DNA from: Candidatus Nanoarchaeia archaeon
GTDB taxonomy: Bacteria; Patescibacteriota; Microgenomatia; Woykebacterales; RBG-16-39-9b
NCBI GenBank assembly: GCA_036514715.1
Contig: DATBWR010000004.1
Coordinates: 9,147-73,146, forward strand
DNA: 64,000 nucleotides
Reading direction: 5' to 3'
Below the pieces are notes generated by a model. That model did not search any database. It was not told where the DNA came from and saw nothing but the letters and a program-made list of their open reading frames with translations. Shown piece after piece: positions 1-9,036 of the stretch; within the stretch, counting starts at the first letter, position 1, and every line of letters begins with the position of its first letter. The position numbers and the translations under genes were made by a program.

Positions 1-506
1 TAGCCTTTGCCTTTGTTACCGACTTCCCACTTTTTGAGTATGATAAGGAAGAAAAACGCTGGACTTTTTCCCACAACCCCTTTACTTCTCCGGATGAAAA
101 AGGTCTGAAAGATGTGATGGAAGAAAAACGTATTGGAGAAATAGGCTCCTTGCAATATGATTTAGTTTGCAACGGTTTTGAACTGGCTAGCGGTAGCATC
201 CGTATTCACGACCCAGCAGTTCAAAAGCAGGTTTTTAAGATTATGGGATATTCGGAAAGTGAGATTAAAGAAGATTTTGGCCATATTTTAGAAGCCTATG
301 AATATGGAGCTCCGGTGCACGGAGGAATTGCCGTTGGGTTGGATCGTCTAGTTGCGGTGGTAGCGGGCGAATCTTCAATCAGAGAGGTAATTGCCTTTCC
401 CGTAACTTCCTCTGGACAAACGTCAGTTATGGAAGCTCCAAGTGTTGTGGAAGAAAAAAAACTAAAAGAGCTTGGTATAGAGGTTAAGAAAATTAATAAA
501 GAGTAA
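1..506 (+). CDS. aspS: Aspartyl-tRNA synthetase, C-terminal part (truncated by window)
   Basis: Frame is open from base 3 (AFAFVTDFPLFE). Motifs YDLVCNGFELASGSIRIH and GAPVHGGIAVGLDRL, IREVIAFP are typical of AspRS. Confidence 0.95.
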   Translation, partial: AFAFVTDFPLFEYDKEEKRWTFSHNPFTSPDEKGLKDVMEEKRIGEIGSLQYDLVCNGFELASGSIRIHDPAVQKQVFKIMGYSESEIKEDFGHILEAYEYGAPVHGGIAVGLDRLVAVVAGESSIREVIAFPVTSSGQTSVMEAPSVVEEKKLKELGIEVKKINKE

Positions 507-557
507 TTTTACTATACTACTAAAAAATATGGGTATAAGTAATACTCAAAATACTTC

Positions 558-1640
558 TTACTTTTGGAATTCTGGTGAAATTGCAGATACGTAAGCAACA
601 AATTTTTCTTTTTCCGGGCCATTTTGACCCTCACCTTCAAAAACATAAACTGGTTGTAAAAACCTGGTTTCCTTAATTGGGCTTAAATAAGCTAAGTAAA
701 TTTTTAAAATAACTACTGTCTTGAATTTGCGAGCATTATCAGTAGCCACGTGACTCTTACCTTCTTTAAGATCTGCGTAGGCAGCCTCTGCAGTTTTGAG
801 GTTGTAAGTGCCAAAGTTGTTAAAATCCACACCCCAATAAGTGAAATTAAGTTCTAAAAGACGTTTTTCTAGCTTTCCAGCAGGGGAGATTAAAATGTTT
901 ACTGAGGATAAGTTAGTGTTTGGTTCAACAAGGGCATAGTTCTTACCTTTGAAACTGATATCTTTTCTAAAGAATTCAACCAAAACAGCATTTGCTTCTG
1001 AAAAACTTCCCACGCGGTTGCGGGTAGAACCTTCAAGTTTCCAAAAACTTACTTTAGTTTTTCCCTCCTTAAATTCATCTTTTAAAGATTTAAAGCTGCC
1101 TAAAAAGTTGCGGGCTTGACCAGCTATCTCGCTGTCGGTAGTTTTAAACACGCCTAGCAAACTTTCTGGGTCAGCAACCCAATCGTAGGCATAGACAAAA
1201 TTGTTGGTGACAATGTTCAGTTTCAAAGATCGGTTGGGATTTTTAGAGTTATTCCAGAGCCAGACCGGTTCGTTTAGTTTAATTGGGTTAGAATCCAACC
1301 CCCCATTGCGAGCGATCTCCGACCCGTTTTCCAGGGAAGTAAATTTGCCTTCCAAAGCAGGTATAGCAAAAACCGGCAAGAAGGTTGGGTTGGCTGGAAA
1401 CTCCCCACCGGGAGTTTGCAAGTCGAGTTCTAAAAGTTTATTAGTAGTATTAACAGTTTGGAATGGTCGAGGTAATTTACCGAAAGCCTGATCAGCTTCC
1501 TCAGGTCCCAAAGGAAAGATAATTCTGAAGAAAAAAGACAGAACGATCCAGATTAACCAGACAAAAAAAAGTCCGAGCAAACTGTAACCGCCCCATTTAA
1601 TAAGGGCTCGTATCTTTTCAGCAAGTATGGGCAGCTCCAC
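558..1640 (-). CDS. Hypothetical membrane-anchored protein
   Basis: 360-aa ORF with one N-terminal hydrophobic helix; no recognised motif. Confidence 0.75.
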   Translation of the reverse strand: MELPILAEKIRALIKWGGYSLLGLFFVWLIWIVLSFFFRIIFPLGPEEADQAFGKLPRPFQTVNTTNKLLELDLQTPGGEFPANPTFLPVFAIPALEGKFTSLENGSEIARNGGLDSNPIKLNEPVWLWNNSKNPNRSLKLNIVTNNFVYAYDWVADPESLLGVFKTTDSEIAGQARNFLGSFKSLKDEFKEGKTKVSFWKLEGSTRNRVGSFSEANAVLVEFFRKDISFKGKNYALVEPNTNLSSVNILISPAGKLEKRLLELNFTYWGVDFNNFGTYNLKTAEAAYADLKEGKSHVATDNARKFKTVVILKIYLAYLSPIKETRFLQPVYVFEGEGQNGPEKEKFVAYVSAISPEFQK

Positions 1641-1760
1641 CTTTCAAGTATAACCTGCCCTTAAAGAGGCTTTCAAGTTAAAAGAGATAGAGGCTCAGAG
1701 ATTGGAAGACTGTATTTGAGTGTGTGTGTAAAACCAAGAAAAATCTCGTATAATTAGGCC

Positions 1761-3179
1761 ATGCCCAAAGAAAAAACCAAAGTTAGGACTAGGATTGCTC
1801 CGTCACCAACCGGTAGTCCCCACATCGGCACCGCCTACGCAGCCTTATTTAACTATTGTTTTGCCAAGCAAAACAGTGGTGATTTTGTCTTGCGTATTGA
1901 GGATACTGATCGAGCTAGGTTAGTAGAAGGTTCCGAAGAGGAGATTTATGAAGCTTTGAAGTGGCTTGGTTTGGAGCCGGACGAAAGTCCACAAAAGGAG
2001 GGAAAATTTGGACCCTATCGCCAATCGGAAAGGCTCGCAATTTATCGACAACAGCTAGAAAATTTGGTCAAGGAAGGTAAAGCCTATTACTGTGATTGTT
2101 CTCCCGATCGTCTTGAAAAATTGCGCAAAGAACAGCTCTCTAGAGGAGAAGCCCCTCATTACGATCAAAAATGTCGGCAAGAGCCACCCAAAAAGATTAA
2201 TAAGGTTGTAGTACGTTTGGCTGTTCCCCAAACAGGTGAGACTGTAGTTGAGGACAAAATCCATGGTAAAGTGGTCTTCCAAAACAACCTCATCGACGAT
2301 CAAGTACTCTTAAAATCAGATGGCTACCCAACTTACCACCTAGCTAGTGTGGTTGACGATCACTTAATGGAAATCTCCCATGTAATCCGCGCCGAAGAGT
2401 GGCTTTCCAGCACTCCAAAACATGTTTTACTTTACCAAGCCTTTGGTTGGAACTTACCCGAATTTGCCCACCTGCCGCTGCTTCGCAACCCTGATCGCAG
2501 TAAAATTAGTAAACGCAAGAATCCGGTAGCGATCAATTTTTATCGTGAACAAGGTTATTTACCAGAGGCACTACTTAATTTCTTGGGCTTGATGGGTTGG
2601 TCAATGCCAGACGGTAGGGAAATTTTTAGTTTGGATGAGATGGTTAAAAACTTTACCTTCGAAAGAGTTGATCCAAGCGGTCCGGTCTTTGACATAGATA
2701 AACTTTCTTGGTTGAACGGTGAATACATCCGTAAGTTGTCTGACCGGCAGTTGCTTGAGCGGTTAAAACCGTACACAAAATATTCACCAGAGCAAGTTCT
2801 CAAGGTCGTACCGCTGGTTAAAGAAAGACTAAAAAAACTATCAGAGTTCAACTCTCTGACTAGCTATTTTTTTGAAGAGCAGATTGATTTTGATCCTAAA
2901 TTGGCGGTGATAAAAAATCACTCAGAGGAAACGGTCAAGATTTATGAGGATATTAAGCAAACCTTTACTGGTTTGGAACCTTGGGATAAGAATTCTTTGG
3001 AGAAAGCTCTTGAAGTAAAACCACAAGAGTACGGTGTTTCTAAGACAGAGCTTTTTCAAAGTATCCGAGGTACTGTTACCGGTGGATTAACCTCACCTCC
3101 GCTCTACGACACCTTAGAGATGATCGGCAAAGAAAGGGTTGTTTCCAGAATTGGAACAGCGGTAGAGGAACTTAAGTAA
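1761..3179 (+). CDS. gltX: Glutamyl-tRNA synthetase
   Basis: RIAPSPTG-HIG, LRIEDTD and KISKR class I motifs. Confidence 0.97.
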   Translation: MPKEKTKVRTRIAPSPTGSPHIGTAYAALFNYCFAKQNSGDFVLRIEDTDRARLVEGSEEEIYEALKWLGLEPDESPQKEGKFGPYRQSERLAIYRQQLENLVKEGKAYYCDCSPDRLEKLRKEQLSRGEAPHYDQKCRQEPPKKINKVVVRLAVPQTGETVVEDKIHGKVVFQNNLIDDQVLLKSDGYPTYHLASVVDDHLMEISHVIRAEEWLSSTPKHVLLYQAFGWNLPEFAHLPLLRNPDRSKISKRKNPVAINFYREQGYLPEALLNFLGLMGWSMPDGREIFSLDEMVKNFTFERVDPSGPVFDIDKLSWLNGEYIRKLSDRQLLERLKPYTKYSPEQVLKVVPLVKERLKKLSEFNSLTSYFFEEQIDFDPKLAVIKNHSEETVKIYEDIKQTFTGLEPWDKNSLEKALEVKPQEYGVSKTELFQSIRGTVTGGLTSPPLYDTLEMIGKERVVSRIGTAVEELK

Positions 3180-3207
3180 ATAAGCTTAATCTGTTATCAT
3201 AATTTTA

Positions 3208-4494
3208 ATGGACCAACCTGCCTACGCCAGTGAACTGCAAGAAGCTCAAGAAAGAGAAAAACACTTACGCTTTGAAAAAGTTGCCGAAAAGTCAACTTAC
3301 TTAGTTATTTTCGGCGGCTTACTACTGACCTTCCTACCGCTCTCTTTTCCTATCCAGAGAGGGAGCCTTTACATTCTTTTCACCCTTGCCCTGCTAGTTG
3401 CTTTTTTCTGGTTTAGATTGTTGCCCCAGAGCTTTATCAGCCCTCTTAAATCGTTTCTTTACTTCTTATTCTCAGTCAGTTTTATTTACCTAGGTGTTCA
3501 TTTTACGAACGGTATTCAAAGTTTTGTAGTTTTCATCTTTTATCTTTCAGTTTTGAGAGCAGCTGCGTTCATTAATCTGGTTGGTTTTGTTGCGATAGTC
3601 TTATTAATAACGACCCTACTATTAATTGAGGCCTATTTTTTTAACACCTACCTGTCTTTAGACCAACGCCTAAGTTTATGGGCGTTACACGCATGGGCTC
3701 TAGCGGTCATTGCTATCTTTGGCAGGTACATTTTTGACAAAGAGCAAAAAGCGGAGAGTTTGGAGGAGTCAGCTAAGCTTAAGACCGCCAAACAGATTGA
3801 TGCGGTAAAAAACGAGTTCGTTTTCTTGATATCAAAAAAACTCAAAAAACCACTCCTACTTTTAGAAAGCTACTTAGCAACCGCCCTTAAGAGCGTGGAT
3901 CAAAATTGGAGTAAGGAGCTGAGTGATTTCCTTAGTAAAGCCAGCGAAAATTCCCAGCGACTGGCTAATCTGGTCAACGATCTTTCTGATCTTTCTTCTG
4001 TCGAAAGCCAAAAACTGAGCTTAGAGAAAAAACCAGTGGATCTCAACCAAGTTGTTGGTTCTACCTTGTCCGATTTCAACATGCGGGCTGCCGAAAAGAA
4101 CATTACCCTCAGTTATCAACCTACAGGCGACAAGGTGCTGGTTTTGGCGGACCAGTCGCGCTTGCACGAAATTCTAGCCAACTTGGTTGATAACGCCATT
4201 AAGTATTCACCCAACTCAGCCGTAATACAAGTTAGTTTTGGACACGATGGAAAAATTGCCCAGGTGAATATTAAGGACAACGGTTTGGGAATTCCGGATG
4301 AGGCTAAAAACCATCTTTTTGAGAAGTTTTACCGGGTCAACCGCAGTAATAGTGAACCAAAAGGGACAGGCTTAGGGTTGTTTGTCACCAAAGAGTTAGT
4401 AGAAAGGCAAGGCGGTAAAGTTTGGTTTGAGAGCAAGGTAAACGAGGGAACTAATTTTCACTTTACCCTACCGTTAGCAGGTAATTATGGATAA
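3208..4494 (+). CDS. Membrane histidine-kinase-like protein lacking the phosphoacceptor His
   Basis: Several N-terminal TM helices; HATPase N/G1/F/G2 boxes intact (NLVDNAIKY, DNGLGI, FEKFYR, GTGLGL); H-box reads ISKKLKKPL. Confidence 0.85.
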   Translation: MDQPAYASELQEAQEREKHLRFEKVAEKSTYLVIFGGLLLTFLPLSFPIQRGSLYILFTLALLVAFFWFRLLPQSFISPLKSFLYFLFSVSFIYLGVHFTNGIQSFVVFIFYLSVLRAAAFINLVGFVAIVLLITTLLLIEAYFFNTYLSLDQRLSLWALHAWALAVIAIFGRYIFDKEQKAESLEESAKLKTAKQIDAVKNEFVFLISKKLKKPLLLLESYLATALKSVDQNWSKELSDFLSKASENSQRLANLVNDLSDLSSVESQKLSLEKKPVDLNQVVGSTLSDFNMRAAEKNITLSYQPTGDKVLVLADQSRLHEILANLVDNAIKYSPNSAVIQVSFGHDGKIAQVNIKDNGLGIPDEAKNHLFEKFYRVNRSNSEPKGTGLGLFVTKELVERQGGKVWFESKVNEGTNFHFTLPLAGNYG

Positions 4495-5785
4495 AGATAC
4501 TTCTGGTAAAGCTAATAACTCCGCTGATAAGACCGTTATCTGGAAAAGGCTTTTTCTAGCAACCGCGCTGGTTTTGGTAGGAGTATTAGTAGCCAGCTTG
4601 CCTTTACCTCACCCCCTGACTTCGCGTCCGGTTACTACTAATTTAACCGGTGTTTTACTAACCCTTGGCAGCCTGCTAGCAGGTTTGGTAGTTTGGTGGA
4701 GCCTGCTGGCGCAAAAGTTCTCACCGCAAGTGAGAACTTTTGTAGAGGTGCTCATTTACTTGACAGCTATTAACATAGTAGTCAAGTTTACCGGTGGTCT
4801 CTATAGTTACTTCACTTTTCTTTATTTCCTCCCCATCCTTTATTCAGCCAGTAACTTTACTGCTAGGTACAGCTGGGCGGTTTTTATTTTTACAGCCCTT
4901 ATTATGAGTTTTCACCTGCTCGATAATAACGGAAGCTCATTTTCCGGCTCTGTCAGCGCACTAATCCTTAATTTGTTTGGGGTTTGGCTGGTTAACGGTT
5001 TGGGTAGGTCTCTAGCAGAACAGCTCGAACTTATTCATCAACGTCAAGTTGAAATTCAACTCGAACAACTCAATAAACTTGACAAGATTAAAGACGAATT
5101 TGTCTTTATTATCGCTCACGAACTGAGAAGCCCAATTACAGCTATCAGGGGTTATTTGGAATTGATAACAACCGATAGTGCCTTGAAGATTTCGGAAAGC
5201 CTAAAAAGTCTTTTGCAGAAGAGCTTTAATACCAGTACTAAGTTGGCTAATTTAGTAGGGTTGCTGCTGGAGATTGCTCGGATTGAGACCGGTAAAATTC
5301 GCTTCTACTATCAAAAAATCGATCTTCGCGACTCTTTGGATTTTGTTACGGCAGCTCTTAGAAGCGAGGCGGCCCAAAAGGATATCCAAATTACTACTCA
5401 GGTTGAAAAAGAAAATATTGTTTCAGTTGACAAAGAACGTTTGGAGGAAATTCTTAACATCATTATTGGTAACGCTATTGAGTACACGAGAGAGCATGGG
5501 AAAATCTTGATCAGTAGTCAGTCAACTGAGAAAGAGATTATCCTCTCAATTTCTGATACTGGAGTCGGTATCGCACCGGACAAAAAGGACAAGATTTTCG
5601 AAAAAATTTCTTCTGATGATGATCAAAACGGAGAAGCAACAGTTAAAGAGTATAGGATAAGCTTATACGTTGCCAGGCAGTTGTTGGCTCTCATGAAAGG
5701 CGATATAACTTGTGAGAGTGTTGTGGGTAGGGGAACGACCTTTAACCTTTCGCTACCCCGCTATTGGAGTTGGGGGACCCCTTAG
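4487..5785 (+). CDS. Membrane histidine kinase with intact H-box and degenerate G2 box
   Basis: TM N-terminus, IAHELRSP, NAIEY, DTGVGI; the G2 position reads KEYRISL rather than GxGLGL. Confidence 0.85.
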   Translation: MDKDTSGKANNSADKTVIWKRLFLATALVLVGVLVASLPLPHPLTSRPVTTNLTGVLLTLGSLLAGLVVWWSLLAQKFSPQVRTFVEVLIYLTAINIVVKFTGGLYSYFTFLYFLPILYSASNFTARYSWAVFIFTALIMSFHLLDNNGSSFSGSVSALILNLFGVWLVNGLGRSLAEQLELIHQRQVEIQLEQLNKLDKIKDEFVFIIAHELRSPITAIRGYLELITTDSALKISESLKSLLQKSFNTSTKLANLVGLLLEIARIETGKIRFYYQKIDLRDSLDFVTAALRSEAAQKDIQITTQVEKENIVSVDKERLEEILNIIIGNAIEYTREHGKILISSQSTEKEIILSISDTGVGIAPDKKDKIFEKISSDDDQNGEATVKEYRISLYVARQLLALMKGDITCESVVGRGTTFNLSLPRYWSWGTP

Positions 5786-5798
5786 AAGGAACCGACCC

Positions 5799-7073
5799 GT
5801 GCTAATTAGAAACCGAAATCAGCTTGTCAGCAGCTCTTTAAGAAAGAAAGCCTTGGCAATAATTGAAGCGGGACTAGCCTCCATTGATACTAAAAAAATC
5901 ATTCACGAGAATTTGACCCTTAAGAAAAACTTCCTTTTTATCAAAGACGCCCATTACGATTTAGACAGATATCGACAGGTTTTTTTGGTGGCCGTTGGGA
6001 AAAGCGCTCTGTCTGCCTCTTGTGAAATTGGAGAGATTTTAGGAAAAAAACTTAAAAGCGGAGTTGTTTTGTCACTAAAAGAAGGTAAAGTACCAAAAAT
6101 GGAAGTTTTTTCTTGCACCCACCCCGCACCTTCCGAGCAGAATGTCAAAGCAACCATTAAGGCACAAGAACTTTTAGAGTCGGTTGGGCAGGACGACTTG
6201 TTAATAGTTGTTGTTTCAGGTGGTGGCTCCTCCATGCTAACAGCACCCTATAAGATCAGCATAAGCGAAAAAGCCTCTGTTGCTAAAGTCCTGATGAGCT
6301 CTGGGGCTACTATTGAAGAGCTAAACACAGTTAGGAAGCATCTATCCCTAGTTAAGGGAGGGCGTCTGGCAGAACTTGCTTATCCGGCAACTATTGTTAC
6401 TTTGATCTTTTCTGATGTAGCTACAAATAACCTTAGCACTATTGCTTCCGGTCCAACAGTAATGGATCATACTACCAACGGGCAGGCAAGAGCAATTTTA
6501 GATAAATATAAAGTTCAAGAAGTCCTTAAATTGCCAAAACTTGATCTAAGTGAAACACCAAAAGAAACTAAATTTTTCCATAAAGTTCAACACCTCTTGT
6601 TAGTTGATAATTCTGTTGCCCTCAATGCAATGGTGGAGCAAGCGGGGAATTTAGGGTTCGCGGTAGAAGTTTACTCTAGAAACTTGGAGGGTGAAGCCCG
6701 CAAAGTAGGAAAAACCCTTTTGCAACAGTCCAAGAAAAACCAGGCTTTACTAGCCGCTGGAGAAACCACCGTTCATGTAGAAGGCTCAGGTAAGGGAGGG
6801 CGCTGTCAGGAGTTGGTGTTGGGAAGCCTTGAAAACCTAAGGGACAACCAAGTTCTAGTGGCAATTGGGACTGATGGGCATGATAATTCCGATTTTGCCG
6901 GCGCTATTGCCGATACCTCGACTCTCAAAAAGGCGGCCGGTAAAGCCCTTGACTACCAAACATTTTTAAAAAACAACGACTCTTTTAATTTCTTCAAAAA
7001 AGTTGGCGATGGTATTGAAACCGGACCACTTCCCTCCAATGTTGCCGACTTAATGCTTGTGCTGACTTCTTGA
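5799..7073 (+). CDS. Glycerate 2-kinase (class II, DUF4147/MOFRL)
   Basis: AVGK, HPAP, VSGGGSS, LVKGG, AGETTV, GGRCQE, GTDGHD, NVAD motifs. Start moved to GTG 5799, preceded by AGAAGGA. Confidence 0.88.
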   Translation: MLIRNRNQLVSSSLRKKALAIIEAGLASIDTKKIIHENLTLKKNFLFIKDAHYDLDRYRQVFLVAVGKSALSASCEIGEILGKKLKSGVVLSLKEGKVPKMEVFSCTHPAPSEQNVKATIKAQELLESVGQDDLLIVVVSGGGSSMLTAPYKISISEKASVAKVLMSSGATIEELNTVRKHLSLVKGGRLAELAYPATIVTLIFSDVATNNLSTIASGPTVMDHTTNGQARAILDKYKVQEVLKLPKLDLSETPKETKFFHKVQHLLLVDNSVALNAMVEQAGNLGFAVEVYSRNLEGEARKVGKTLLQQSKKNQALLAAGETTVHVEGSGKGGRCQELVLGSLENLRDNQVLVAIGTDGHDNSDFAGAIADTSTLKKAAGKALDYQTFLKNNDSFNFFKKVGDGIETGPLPSNVADLMLVLTS

Positions 7074-7209
7074 GCAACTTTTAAAAGCGAGTCATTGGAT
7101 AAAGAAATACCAGTGCCAACGCGAAACCTTGACTATAAGCTGTATAATCTGTTTAGCACTCAAAAACTAAAAAAAAGGGAATTTATCCGGGACATAGCTA
7201 ATTACCTAT

Positions 7210-7400
7210 GGGGCGAAAAAGCCCTCCGTTTCTTCGGAAACGGGGACCGGTCTGTCTTGGCTGGTAAGAGACCAGCTTCAAACGGTTGTTAAGCGGAAGA
7301 CAGCGCGCTAATTAACAATCGATCTTGCACCCTCAAAACCCGAGCCACTGCGGTGGGGTTGGGTAGTTGTCTGACAGAGGGGCTCCCTGTTACCCGAATC
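7210..7400 (+). ncRNA. Candidate tracrRNA of the type V locus
   Basis: CTCCCTGTT-ACCCGAAT (7383-7399) is complementary to the CRISPR repeat with a 4-nt bulge. Dense hairpins include a cUUCGg loop at 7232-7237; G-U pairs favour the + strand. Ends are approximate. Confidence 0.7.
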
Positions 7401-7453
7401 TTCCACAGGTTCAAGAAGCACGACTCCCGAAAGATTTCAAGCCTAACGGGGTT

Positions 7454-7706
7454 GTTGCATTCGGGTGCAAAACAGGGAGTAGAGTGTAACTTTCAAAAGC
7501 GCTGCCAGAACTATCAACACTAATAAGTTGCATTCGGGTGCAAAACAGGGAGTAGAGTGTAACAACAATCTTGATCATGAAACCACTCTTCATGTAAGTT
7601 GCATTCGGGTGCAAAACAGGGAGTAGAGTGTAACTCAAAAACAATGCTTCCGGTGTTGGCCAGTTTGATGTTGCATTCGGGTGCAAAACAGGGAGTAGAG
7701 TGTAAC
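7454..7706 (+). CRISPR. CRISPR array: 4 identical 37-bp repeats, 3 spacers (36, 34, 35 bp)
   Basis: GTTGCATTCGGGTGCAAAACAGGGAGTAGAGTGTAAC at 7454, 7527, 7598 and 7670; adjacent to cas1. Orientation inferred. Confidence 0.97.
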
Positions 7707-7710
7707 AAAA

Positions 7711-7749
7711 TGGAGATGGTTTTCCCTTTACCATCTCCACTTTCTTCTT
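7711..7749 (+). terminator. Hairpin directly after the last repeat (possible terminator)
   Basis: TGGAGATGGT (7711-7720) / ACCATCTCCA (7730-7739) form a perfect 10-bp stem, then CTTTCTTCTT; AAAA on the other side. Confidence 0.55.
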
Positions 7750-7783
7750 GACTTCTCAATCATTTTTCAGTTAAAACATAAGT

Positions 7784-8782
7784 GTGTTAATGCACGAAAC
7801 CCTTTTGATCGATAAACCAGGCACTTTTCTGGGTAAGAAAAGCAGAAGAGTGGTGGTCAAAACTCCTGATTCGACAGAAGAATTTCCTTTGCTAAAAATT
7901 AAAGAGATTAACCTTGTTGGAACCGGTATTTCTTTGTCCGACGACCTAGTTTACCAGGCAGTTAAGCAAGAAGTGCAGATAAATTTTCAGGACAGATTAG
8001 GTAGGGTTTACGCTAGTATAGTCTCACCCTTTCTTAATCAAACAGTGGCAACTGTTAGGGCTCAGATAGGAGCGGAAGACACAGAAAAAGCCGCTGGTCT
8101 TGCCAAGGAGATCGTTCTGGTCAAAATTGCCAACCAGGAAAAACTACTGAGGTATTTTCTTAAGCACCAAAGGGTTTATTATCCGACCAACGCAGAGAAA
8201 ATTGGAGAGTTGAGCAACACCCTAGACTCTTTGGGTGAACAACTGCTAGTTACAAGCTTCAAACCGCTTAATTATCATAATCAATTATTTTCTTTTGAAG
8301 GCAGAGCCTCGGACAGTTATTGGCGAGGGGTTAAGTTGTTGATAGGAGGCAAAGTTGATTTCCCGGGTCGTAAAGGTAGAGGCGCGAAAGATTTGGTGAA
8401 CAGTCTGCTCAATTACGGTTACGCCATTTTGTACTCGAGGGTTTTAGCAGCATTGTTGGCCAACGGCCTTTTACCCTTCGCCGGATTTCTTCACAAAGAC
8501 CGTTCTGGGAAAAGTTCTCTTGTTTTGGATATTATGGAAATCTTTCGCCAGAAGATTGTTGATGAAACTTTGTTGATCTTTTTGAACAAGAAAAAATTGG
8601 AACCTACACTTGACCAAAACACCCTTTTTGCCTTTTCACAAAAAGTAGTTGAGAGATTTTCCTCAACCGGAAGGTTCGTTGATAACAAAAACTACACAGT
8701 GGAGAAAATAATCAGCCTGCAGGTTCAAGGTATTGCCGCCTATCTACGCGGAAATAAAAATCTAAATTTAGTTTCTTTATGA
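7784..8782 (+). CDS. cas1: CRISPR-associated integrase Cas1
   Basis: FEGRAS..YW, VNSLLNYGY, GFLH, SLVLDIMEIFRQ..VD motifs; next to the array. Alternative ATG at 7790. Confidence 0.96.
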   Translation: MLMHETLLIDKPGTFLGKKSRRVVVKTPDSTEEFPLLKIKEINLVGTGISLSDDLVYQAVKQEVQINFQDRLGRVYASIVSPFLNQTVATVRAQIGAEDTEKAAGLAKEIVLVKIANQEKLLRYFLKHQRVYYPTNAEKIGELSNTLDSLGEQLLVTSFKPLNYHNQLFSFEGRASDSYWRGVKLLIGGKVDFPGRKGRGAKDLVNSLLNYGYAILYSRVLAALLANGLLPFAGFLHKDRSGKSSLVLDIMEIFRQKIVDETLLIFLNKKKLEPTLDQNTLFAFSQKVVERFSSTGRFVDNKNYTVEKIISLQVQGIAAYLRGNKNLNLVSL

Positions 8783-9033
8783 AAGTTTTGGTAGTCTACG
8801 ATATTTCCCAAGACAAGGAGCGGGGAAAAGTTGCCGAGATTTGTCTGGATTACGGTCTGGAAAGAATTCAGAAGAGTGCTTTTCTTGGCGAACTTAGCGA
8901 AACTTTACGACAGCGGTTGGTGGGAGAATTGAAGGAAAAGCTAGTAGGTAAAACCTTTAACCTGCAGGTATTTGAGTTAGATAAGAATTCTGCTAAGAAG
9001 AGATTAGTTTTTGAGGCAAAAAAGAAGGGGTAA
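8779..9033 (+). CDS. cas2: CRISPR-associated protein Cas2
   Basis: VLVVYDI and YGLERIQKSAF motifs; overlaps the cas1 stop. Confidence 0.95.
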   Translation: MKVLVVYDISQDKERGKVAEICLDYGLERIQKSAFLGELSETLRQRLVGELKEKLVGKTFNLQVFELDKNSAKKRLVFEAKKKG

Positions 9034-9036
9034 TAG

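Noticed and set aside
7095-7292. 65-aa ORF upstream of the array
   Set aside because: TTG start, no SD, no motif; it overlaps the promoter-like and hairpin-rich tracrRNA candidate.
7210-7430. tmRNA, SRP or RNase P identity for the structured RNA
   Set aside because: No tRNA-like T-arm/CCA end or conserved SRP/RNase P motifs seen; the anti-repeat explains it better.
7411-7759. Two minus-strand ORFs with repeated peptides
   Set aside because: They are translations of the CRISPR repeats.
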